From NCBI RefSeq assembly GCF_006345805.1, contig NC_043004.1:38688001-38752000 (forward strand): DNA of 64,000 nt, given 5' to 3'. Position numbers and translations under genes: made by a program. The notes under the pieces were generated by a model that saw only the letters and a list, made by a program, of their open reading frames with translations, searched no databases and had not been told where the DNA came from. Shown here one piece after another: positions 53,400-64,000 of the stretch (its first letter is position 1; every line of letters begins with the position of its first letter). Source of the DNA: Octopus sinensis. Its lineage: Eukaryota.

Positions 53400-55988
53400 A
53401 CGCGTCTGTGCATGCATGTATGTATATACATACATATATTCACCTATACAGTCATACATTGACATATATACACTCAATTATACACACCCATCATTTTTGT
53501 ATTTAGTATAAACATAGATAATTGAATATGAAATCTTTAAACAAGAAAGTAATTGAAAGAATCTTCGAGATAAAATGAGTTAAAACCGATGCGTTTGCTC
53601 CTAACAACTTCTTGACATCGAACAGAAATTGCAATTTAATGAAACAGAATTCAATTTCCTGGTGATTGTAATCTGATTATATTAGTCTCAATATATATTG
53701 GCTCGCCGTTGTATAGGATATGCTTAACTGCACCTAACACGTCTCCTTTTTATGAAGGAAAAGAATTATATGATTCACGTATATCTCCAGGCAGATTTAC
53801 TAATGATGTTTTCCCTTTAGTTCATTGCAGATATTCGCTTTTCTCTGCAGCCTATGAAAAAAACCTTCAGGACGCATAAAAATATTATAGTCCAAGTTAA
53901 TAATATGACAGTGTTATAAATTGCTGAATAATTTGATATGAGCGACCGTCTCAGTCCAATATTAAATTAATCATACTTAGTGATTCTATGCAGGAATAAA
54001 AACTCATGAAAATAATGCATTAAATATAAAAATAGAAGTGATTTTAAAAAACATTTTAAGGTACTGAGTATCAGTTTTATTTATGATAAACTCAATTTCT
54101 TCAATGAACAGGTAATAAGAAACTATAACAGAAAACAGTGGGACTTGATTAAATTATTTGGCATTATCACTGCTATGAAAAATGTGTTTCGACGAAGATA
54201 AACAATCTAATACATTTAGCAACCTAATCCATACTAAGTCATTCGTGAAATATTGGATAACTGATTACTGTTTTCTAACGCTAGTTGCATTTTGTTGATT
54301 CATGAAAATAACTTTACTATTGTATTATTTTATTCTTATATTCTTGAGTAAACGAAACTGTTCCCTCCACTGGCTTGCATTAAAAATAAAAGAAAATATA
54401 TGATATTTGTATTTTATATTATCAATGTTCACAAATATATGATACCAACGTAGAATCTTATAGAAACATGTGATTTTGTGAAGAGATAGCCAAATAAGAT
54501 TTTTATGAGGAATCTTTATTGTTATAATTGAATGTCCACGTTAATATATATAATCACTCCTGTTTTGGGGGGTTGTGGGGGTGTGGAGGGAGTTAAGGCA
54601 CTTACGTCGTATTCAAAATAAGTTTCATTGAAAATATTTTAACTCTTGTAGGAAGACATTCTATAATGAGAGAATTGTATGAGAGAAGTGTGCGGTAGAA
54701 CCAAAAAGACCTAGGGAGATAAAGTGCGAGAGAGGAAAAAGCTCGGGGAAGATAAAGCGAGATAGAACGAGCAAGAGAGAGTGAAAAAGAGAGAGAGAGA
54801 GAAGTTTCAAAATATTCAACTACTGTTTATATATCACCCTTTAATCAGTAAGATTAGACCTTAGAGAGTTGGATGGTTATCGCTTTCGTTAAGTTCTTCA
54901 TTGTGCTGCTACACTTCACATACTCATCTGAAGATGGAAGATATAAATCGAGCTTTCCAATACACTGTACACAGATTTTAAAGTGAGAAAGTATCAGAAA
55001 CTATACTAATTAAACATTTTCTTTTGTGATTTCAAATCACGCAGGCGTCAAATTTGTCAGTCATACTTTCGCAATCAATGAAATCCAATACCAGACACGG
55101 ATTGACAAATCTTTAGAATGCTTTCGTAGTATGTAACCTCTGCTTCGCGACTCAAATATCTGTTTAGAAATTACATCTACGGAAATTAAAGGCAAATAAC
55201 ATTCAACGTAAATACTCGTCAATATTATCTTGTCCGTATTCTGACTTGTTCAAAAAGTAGGTGCTCCTTTTGTGGTATGTGTCAGCTAATAAATTTTGTG
55301 ATATGTGTCATTTATCATATGAAATTAAATGATATTTCACGCAGATTTAGTACACCACGGCAAAATACATGGGTCACATTTCGTAAAAGACTTGTTAGAC
55401 TAATGTCTATGTTAAAATAATAATTTCACTATATATCGAACATATTACATTTATCCATTTCCAGCTGACAAACCATGGAAAAATGTCAGAAATGTAGGTT
55501 TAACTACAAACATTTAAAACCTATATTTAAATAGAAAGCCCTTGCATAACTGAAACATAGTGCACCAATATCTGCTTATCACTTCCAGTTGGAAATGACT
55601 GAAGAAAATGTCGGATTTACAATTCACAATAAATATGGCAGCTGAAGAACATAACTTTCACATTTATCGCTTAGTCATAATGGCTATCGTCTAGACAAGT
55701 TGGCTCATAAGGCAGGATAGATATAAGGCAAAGATAAAAGAAATCGTACACCTTTCTTGAACTTTGTTAACAACATTCAGAGATTCCGGTAACCCACGAG
55801 TTCTCCTTGGCGTTCTCCAACATTTTGCCTCTATTATGACTCAAAAACAAATGGAAACATTTTATCTTCGACAAAAGAACAAAAGAACATCTAATACTTT
55901 GAGCCTTCATACACATCTCAAAATACTCTGATTTGCAGTCTACGTTCAATAACATCCACCCATTAATATTGACTCAGCTATCTCTCTC

Positions 55989-56066
<78 letters not shown>

Positions 56067-56149
56067 CCTATCTATCTATCGATCGATCGATTGATCTATC
56101 TGTCTCTCTGCCTATCTATGTCTATCATCACACACACATGTGTGTGCAA

Positions 56150-56450
56150 TGGGCTCACAACTATGAGGTAGTGAGTTCGATTCTTGGACCGGGCTGTGTG
56201 CTGTGTTCTTGGGCAAGACACTTTATTTCCCGTTGCTCCAGTTCACTTAGCTATAGAAATGAGTTGTGACGTCACTGTTCCAAGCTGTACTAGCCTTTGC
56301 ATTTGCCTTACATAACATCGTTGTCGTGGAGAGTGGAGGCTGCTATGCATGGACGACTGGTGGTCTTCCATAGACAAACTTACCCGAAGTTGTGCCTCAG
56401 AGGGAAACTTTCTAGGTGCAATTCCATGGTCATTCAAGACCGAAGTGTTT
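56150..56450 (+). mobile_element. tRNA-derived SINE, family D
   Basis: gagttcgattcttggacc B-box; homologous to 63196-63542. Confidence 0.75.
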
Positions 56451-56505
56451 CATTATGTATGTATGTATGTATGTATGTATGTATGTATGTATGTATGTAT
56501 GTATG

Positions 56506-56590
<85 letters not shown>

Positions 56591-56923
56591 ATAATTACAA
56601 ACAAGATAGAGGGCTTCGTAAGTTACGGAGAGAAAGCGACTGTGGTTTGTTTATAAATATTATATGTAGTATTAGACAGTTGAAGTATATACCCGTAAAA
56701 TTTGGCTAAAATTGATGGCTGAGCATTTGGCTCAATTGGATGCGCATGTAGCAATGTAAGCGTTGATATATGGGTTCGTTTCTGACTAGGGTTAGCCCAA
56801 TATCTTTCTGTCAAATTGCTTATATATAAATGTCGCTTGAAATCGGTGAATATATATCATTACTATATATATTGTTATAGTTATGATGGTAAATACACAC
56901 ACGCACACACATGCACATATACA

Positions 56924-56968
<45 letters not shown>

Positions 56969-57645
56969 ATGTGTGTGTGTGTGTGTGTGTTTGTGTTCCC
57001 TTTCTCAGTAGATTGTCAAATAACCGAAGCGTTGTATTTTTATTTCTCATAGCAAATAAATACACAAATCTCTACGAATTCCCTTGCAGCTGAAGAAACT
57101 TTAATGTGGTCGAAACTGTAACCAAGGGATTTGGAAGCGGAGATCTTGATCACACGTCAAGTTTTAGCGTGGGGGCAGAGTTATCGTATACAAACTAAAA
57201 GAAAACGCCTACAAAATATTTGAACACATAAACTAGTAATTCAATAGCTTATTAGATATTTTCAGCTTGAATAACTTGTTATGGGAGACCATATAAATCA
57301 TCCCAATTTACTTCCGAAATCTCATTAACGAATGATTACCATACAGATAAACTACTGTACATAATATCAATATATTGTATTGCAATAATCGTATATTGAT
57401 TAGAATAAATTTTAACAATAAACCTAAATTAAGTGGATTCACGATATTCAACAAAAGCTGATGATATTCGTCAAAGACGGGCAAATTTGATCAAAATACC
57501 TTGATACCTCAAAAATCATTATATTCCTGCCAATCTACAGGTTAATATAAACCTAGAATAAATATTACGCACAACATTAAAAGACGTTTCCATTGATAAT
57601 GATAATAATAACAACAACAACAACAACAACAATAATAATAATAAT

Positions 57646-57676
<31 letters not shown>

Positions 57677-57692
57677 GTAATAATAATAACAA

Positions 57693-57978
57693 TAAGAACT
57701 CGAATGTGGAATCTAAAACCAGAAACAATTCCTATCATAGTAGGCGCATTCGGTATGATAAAAAATGTCCAGACAAATACATAACAAAACCACCAGGGCT
57801 TACAAATATATATAACATACAGAAAATTGCACTATTGGGCACTGCACACATCCTACCGAAAACACTTTCAATACAGTAACTATAAGGGCATCGCAACTAA
57901 CCACGACACATACCCAAGGCACACAGAGCTGCGTTCGGTAGTGAAGCGAAAGCACGATATAAAAATAAAACTACTGAA
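57693..57978 (+). mobile_element. 3' end of an RLE-type (Dong/R4-like) LINE directly after a (TAA)n tract
   Basis: MWNLKPETIPIIVGAFG...QKIALLGTAHIL.KTL motif; abuts (TAA/CAA)n at 57596-57692. Confidence 0.75.
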
Positions 57979-58791
57979 GTAGTTGGGGAGCATCATAATC
58001 GTGTGCTGAAAGGAATTCTTGGAGGTTTGGATAATTCACCTTTGGAAACATGGGTAGTTCGTTCAATATCCTTAAACAATCTTTATTCAAGAACCTTTTG
58101 AGCGGGATGTGCTACTCGACCAGAAGAAAATTCTAACTGGGCCCCACCTGCAAGGTCATGTGCTGTTATCTTTATGAGATCACCATGTCGCGCACACGTG
58201 GTTGTGATGCATGTGCCTGGTGTACCCTTATCAGACGGGTATTCATGATGGGTATACTGGGCTTCGTATATTTTACCCAGGTGTCACTTTGATGGCATGC
58301 ACTGCTCTCTCACTCAATAATAATAATAGCAGTAGCAATAATAATAATTCCTGCAAGAATCCTACGAAAGACTTCAGATTTTAAGAGACTTGTCACCAAA
58401 CATCCAGATAAAATAACTACTAACTAAATTAGCATGCACTATCGAAATGATAATGGTATTGACGAAGATGAAGACGACGATGATGTTGATGATGATGATG
58501 ATGATGATAAACACGATGATGTTGATTCAATCACACACGCACTTTGGCATGTAAATATATATGTATATGTGTGTACATGTGTATTTGTATATGTGTGCGT
58601 GCGTGCGTGCGTATTTGTGCGTGCGTCTGTGTGTGTTTATGTGTGTGCGCTCATGCATGTGTGGACATCAGCGTGGATGAATTTCGGAAAGATATGCACT
58701 TATTGTATTCTTCTATTAATTTGAATCTCTCTAACGACGTATAAGATTTACTGTAGAGGACAAAAAATGTCATAGGTTATCAGTGCATTAC

Positions 58792-58926
58792 CAGTTCGTG
58801 AACAGGTTTTAAAATCTCCGTCTACTGCATAACTGGAATCTCCCTCCATGCTGCCGTTCACTCCGCCTGTGGAAGACTGTTTACATGGCTTTTCCAGGGC
58901 ATAGTTGAAGTCCATTAGCGTGCTAC
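58792..58926 (-). CDS. F-type lectin-like gene exon (G)STLMDFNYALEKPCKQSSTGGVNGSMEGDSSYAVDGDFKTCSRT(D)
   Basis: ttcttgtactag acceptor and G|gtaatg donor; 135 nt, phase 1 to 1; N.AL.KP..QSS...AVDG...CS.T motif. Confidence 0.85.
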
Positions 58927-61857
58927 CTAGTACAAGAAATAAAACAGCAATTATTATTTTTACGTTTAAATATTTGTTGTGCAAGATTTTTTATGTGAAG
59001 TCGTGTGTTGAAACAGATATTGTTATATTTCGGAATGGTCATTTTGCCAGTTTAGCCAATAAAAATACAAAATGGCTGACGGTTAGTAAGGAGAGACACA
59101 AATAAGTAAGAAGAAAACAAAGGACCACTGATGCGGTCACAGGAGTGTGACGAAAGAACTCTGGCCGAAATAAGATTAAGATTAATGTAAAAAATAAATA
59201 ACACTGAAGCAAAGTAACACCAAATATTATCTGTAGTTTCGTGATAATTATTTAGAAATAATAATAATGATAGTAACGGCAATTGTAACTTTAGTTATAA
59301 GAACAGTGATAAATTGTTTCATTGGTGCAAAGGAAATACATACTCCCACACCGCGTGAGTGAGTGCGTTCGTGCGTGCGTATGTGTGTGTATGTGTGTGT
59401 GTGTATGTATGTTTATACATCCACATACATACAGAATCATTTCGTTTCCTATATTTTCATCTTTTCACTTTGATTAAGGCATATGAATATGTATGGGTGA
59501 AGATAAGGCCATGATGCTAACGAATTTCCTTCGAGAGCAAAGTAGCTTCTAACATGATGATGGTAGGAAAATCTTGTTCAGATTTTGAGGTTCGAAATTG
59601 GAAGGGAAATGTAAGAATGGCTGTGTGTGGGCCGCGTGTTCGCGCGTGGATTTCAAATGACTGCTTTGAAGCGAGTTGAAGTAAGTTTTTCTCTGTCATA
59701 TCACAAATAATCATGTAGATGCTAATAACAGTAACAACCGAAGCTCAGAAAATAATCAGAGCCAGTACAAATGGCTACTGGCTACAGCTAACTGAAGACA
59801 ATCGGTCCTCATTTGACTCATTCGATGTTTACTCTTAGAATCTATTTAGGAGTCAAATAGGTCATTAGCTCAACTTAGCTCGCACAACAATGAATATGAC
59901 GCCAGCACTGTAAAGAATGCCAGGTTTCGATCATAAAAAAAATTAAATCAGATGGAAAAATAGATCAATCACTATTCTGGACTGACACACGGAAAATAAT
60001 ATTTTGGAAAATCCACTAGACACTGTGGACTGCTTGCTGAAGGGCCGAGTAAAATCATTGACCATCTTCCAATCGCCAAAGCACCATTATTGAACAGCAG
60101 TCTAATAAAGGTCATTAAATTAGCCAAGAGAAGCTATTAATCACAGAAACCTCTGTGCTTGCGCTAGAAATAAGGAGCAGTTCCACGCGTTGATGGACAA
60201 CTACATGGTCACTGTGTATTAGGATACACTGTGGATAGAATCTGCTGTAACATGCGGCAAAGAGTACTTCCTAATGTTGGAGAGACCCTTGCCTACGTGG
60301 CTCCAGAAAGTGTATCTGAAAAGTCTTTGGAAGCATATATCTGTGCCTTAATGCCTATTCTACTTAAAATGCTTTGAAATTGATATGACTTCTTTTGTTA
60401 GAAGAAATAGTTAAAATAAATAATAGAGAGCAAAGGCAACCAGTTTAGGTCTTCTTCGTTCGTTTCACGAAGATCTCTCCCGCATTGTAGAGACATTATC
60501 GTTTTCCAGCTTCACGGATCCTGAAACGAAACCTAGATATCAGGCTTAAAAATCTTTTCACAAACAATGGGGTTGTTGACAGCGTCCAGACACTCAGCCT
60601 CGCCACTCAGATCTAACGATGACGTCTCCACTGGCTAGCTCAACTACACTGAATGTCAGATTAGAGGATCTCGAAGAACCTGTTCAGTATGCAGAGCGGG
60701 ATGTGCGCTCTAAAGTGACTTCCAATTCGTTTGAAAGATATGGGACAGAGAGAAATTACGCTTAGGGTTAACATGAACGCACAAAACCTGGGGTACATTG
60801 TTTGTGACGGACCTTACTGAAATCTAGAAGTAAAACGACGAGAGGAAGAAGTTAACAATTCTAGTGAAGACAAGTAAGTCCTGCAGAAAAAGAGCACAGG
60901 AAAATGAATGGCTGACAATTCTTCCAAATGCATTCACATGCACCCGTTGGAAATCACGACGCTATCGGTCACAAATTGTAACACAAAATTAACAAAGAGA
61001 CAAAGAAATAAGAATTTGATTAATGTATTCAAGTAGATATTTCCTGGATAATATTTTGCTATGAATTAAATTTGCTGTATATCATTTTTATGTATCGTTC
61101 ATACATCTTTCATACAAATATCCGGAAGTATGATTTATTCGAACAGATGAATATATTTAAAGAGTTAAAAACGGAGAAACATGGACAAATATATGCAATA
61201 TTTTAAACAATGTAAAGGGAAGTAAAATCAATGCTAGCTTTGTATGCCTCGGTGAACGAACACCATTTATTCGATATTACATGTAATATTGTGCGATTTA
61301 TGTAATAAATTTAGCGTTCGTTCACTTCTTGAGACATGATAATCTTATTCACAATTAACCTACACACACATTCAATATACATTTATATTGTACTGGATGC
61401 AAGACTTGCAATTCATTTCAAAGTAAAATTCTAATTATTATATACCCGGAACATGGAACACATGCCATGCTTTAAGCGTACTAAATATGACATGCCATGA
61501 AATATTGTTTGAAACTGCTATTTGTAGTTGTCTACCTTGAGATGCCAGGACGTGTTGCTAACTTGTTAGATATTAATGTTGCAATTTTGTTTCATATCAA
61601 AACTCAACTTTGTAATCCCGAACACTTGGCACATGCCCACTTCTTAATCAATCCATATTCACTTTTACAAACCACAACCTCTTCAGATATAGCTATGTCT
61701 CCTTTCAATCTTTTCCCTCTTTCCAGGAAGAACCTTTTGCTAGTGGCTTTTCGATAACTCGCTAGAATCTTTAGTGTTTTAGAATAGTTGATTCTCTTAC
61801 AGAATTTCTAATCACCGCCCTAGGTCACTGCATCCAAACGTTACTTTTTTTCTGCAG

Positions 61858-61973
61858 ATGGTGATCGACCCGCATATTGCTTGAATGGTCATCGCATGCG
61901 CCAATCCACACAGGGTGGGAAATATTGTCATATTCAAGATCCAGAAACTAGGGAAAATATTATATGCAGCTAA
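61858..61973 (+). other. Possible terminal exon of an unidentified plus-strand gene
   Basis: Strong acceptor ttactttttttctgcag, a 37-codon open frame with 3 Cys ending TAA, and AATAAA at 62013-62018; no confirmed upstream exon. Confidence 0.3.
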
Positions 61974-62404
61974 TGTCGTAGTAGAGATTTAAAAATATCT
62001 TCATGATCCTTCAATAAACAAACAGAGCTGTTATAAAGAAATATACAATGTTACACTCTAGAGAAAGTATAATATATAAAACTAAACAAATGTTTTGCTG
62101 ATCGGAATGAGCAGTATGCTTTAAGATGATATATTCCAGAAAGTCCACATAACATCTTCAGAAATCATTTCCTCCCTCTGTAGCACTAAAAACATGGGGG
62201 AAGTCGTATTGATATTAATATTCCTTGTCAGGCAGCATCATCTGGTTGAACATAGACTATTTCACACAGCATTTCTACATTCGTAGAAATGTTCACTATT
62301 CAAAATAAACTACTAACTGTCTATGTTTCAAAAAAAAAAAATCATGTCATCATGTCATCATCATAAACTTTGTATGACTAAGGTTCAATGATAATTTAAC
62401 TCAC

Positions 62405-62498
62405 CTGTTAGATTCCGAAGATTCCTTAATGGTATCAAATGAATGTCGTCTTCAGAATAGGAGGACATATCACTTCCGCCGAAACATTTCATGAAATC
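62405..62498 (-). CDS. Probable upstream exon of the lectin-like gene DFMKCFGGSDMSSYSEDDIHLIPLRNLRNLT(G)
   Basis: Consensus donor CAG|GTGAGT and acceptor tttttcttgaag; ends in phase 1, in frame with exon 58926. There is no domain motif to confirm it. Confidence 0.5.
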
Positions 62499-62547
62499 CT
62501 TCAAGAAAAAGATGTACATACAAAGATATTCGTATCCACATGGGCAC

Positions 62548-62596
<49 letters not shown>

Positions 62597-62951
62597 ATAT
62601 ATATATACACGGGTGTACATGGTTATGTATAGAATAATATATTCTTTTCTATTCTAGGGAGAAGACCTGAAATTTTTGGGGAGTGGGGCCAGTCAATTAC
62701 ATCGACACCAGTACGCAATTAGTACCTTAATTTATCGACCCCGAAGGGATGAAAGGCAAAGTCGACCTCGGCGGAACTTGACATCAGAACATAAGACAGA
62801 CGAAATACCGCTAAGCAATCCGCCCAGCGTGCTAACGTTTCTGCTACATCGCCGCCTTAGTATAGAATAATATATTACTCAAAGAAATTCCAGCCTTGTC
62901 TGATTTTTACATTTCATTTACAATCTTATGATGATATAGTATAAGATAATA

Positions 62952-63195
62952 TAATTCAATGAACTTATAGAATATTAAATATCCGTTCTGATTGAACTAG
63001 TACTTTCATGCATTAAACTATGCAATCTTCAGGTTCATGTAGTAGTGGTGACCGTTATGCTTTACAATTCATAACTGAAGTGAGATGGCTAACTGTCATT
63101 ACTACTACACGAGCCTGAAGATTGCATCGTTTAATGCATCAAAGTACTAGTTCAAACAGGATGGACATTTAGTATTGTATAAGTTCATTGAATTA
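62952..63195. mobile_element. Fold-back mini-element whose two arms each carry an outward-facing hammerhead motif
   Basis: ~105-bp inverted arms; HHR motif on minus 63037-62993 and a G12-to-C mutated copy on plus 63110-63154. Confidence 0.7.
62993..63037 (-). ncRNA. Minimal type-I hammerhead motif, CUA triplet
   Basis: TGAAC-CTGAAGA-T TGCAT agttta ATGCA T-GAAA-GTAC-TA-GTTCA: 5-bp stem I, palindromic AGUACU stem III; U-U at the base of stem II. Confidence 0.6.
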
Positions 63196-63542
63196 GAGGA
63201 GGAGGAGACCCCCTTCGGTCATGAATGACCATGGGATTGCACCTAGAAAGTTACCCTCCGAGGCACAAGTCCGGGCAAGGTTTTTTATGGAAGACCAGCA
63301 GTCGCCCATGCATACCAGCCTCTCCTCTCCATGCCACTGATGTTATCCAAGGGAAAGGCAAAGACCGATGCAGCTTGGCACCAGTGACATCACAACTCAT
63401 TTCTACAGCTGAGTGAACTGAAGCAACGTGAAATAAAGTGTCTTGTTCAAGAACACAACACGCAGCCCGGTCCGAGAATCGAACGCACAACCTCACGATC
63501 GTAAGCTCGACGCTCTAACCACTGAGCCATGTGCCTTCACTG
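63196..63542 (-). mobile_element. tRNA-derived SINE, family D, with 14-bp target-site duplication
   Basis: Minus head tggctcagtggttagagc...gttcgattc; AGTTCATTGAATTA at 63182-63195 and 63543-63556. Confidence 0.85.
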
Positions 63543-64000
63543 AGTTCATTGAATTATATTATATTATATTATATTATATTATATCATATCATATTATATT
63601 ATATTATATTATATTATATTATATTATATTATATTATATTATATTATATTATATTATTGTAAGATTGTAAATAAAACGCGAAAATCAAAGTTGGAATTTC
63701 TTTCAGTAATATATGTGTGTGTGTGTGTGTATGTGGGTGTTTGAGTGAGTGTGTGTATGTTGGCGTGCATGTGTGTGTGTGAGTGTGCGTGTGTGTGTGT
63801 GCGTGTGTGTGTTTGTGCGCGTGTCCTTGATATTCGGGAATATATGGGATCAGCATCTTAAATCCTCTTATCGAAACAGTTATTAACTGAGATTGCCGTT
63901 CTGCTCTTTGGAAATATACATAGACATACGCATACACACGCATACACATACACACATACACTCACACACACACATACACTCACACACACACACATACACT

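Noticed and set aside
54873-56800. Alternative candidate exons (signal-peptide-like MVIAFVKFF on plus; several minus frames)
   Set aside because: Phases or motifs are incompatible with the lectin gene once the 40114-40203 exon was found, and there is no independent support.
57088-57125. CTGAAGA...GTCGAAACTGTA motif
   Set aside because: Stems I and II do not pair.

Overview
Eukaryotic, AT-rich, extremely microsatellite-dense animal DNA. The SINE families and repeat landscape suggest an octopus or other cephalopod genome (inference, not checked against a database). One host gene could be reconstructed by hand: a minus-strand, multi-exon gene for a divergent F-type (fucolectin/FTP-like) lectin domain, with exons 58792-58926, 40114-40203, 38601-38730 and 31323-31407, probably also 62405-62498, all phase-compatible. 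The rest is mobile DNA: Penelope-like elements (PLEs) of two kinds, RLE-type and CR1/L2-type LINE fragments, mariner relics, a decayed Gypsy element, a non-autonomous Helitron, at least four tRNA-derived SINE families and several fold-back elements. The most interesting signal is a set of PLE-derived inverted-repeat structures carrying hammerhead-ribozyme (HHR) motifs. (1) A very young Hydra-type PLE (10112-12977) has an inverted pseudo-LTR joined at the apparent RT catalytic Asp that supplies an in-frame ATG to an RT-thumb + GIY-YIG ORF. (2) An apparently identical 690-bp copy of that inversion junction sits 11.8 kb away. (3) MITE-looking hairpins (62952-63195, 47362-47653) carry outward-facing HHR motifs. 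(4) A family of HHRs has a non-canonical CUGUNGA core. Almost all other ORFs in the track are microsatellite artefacts.
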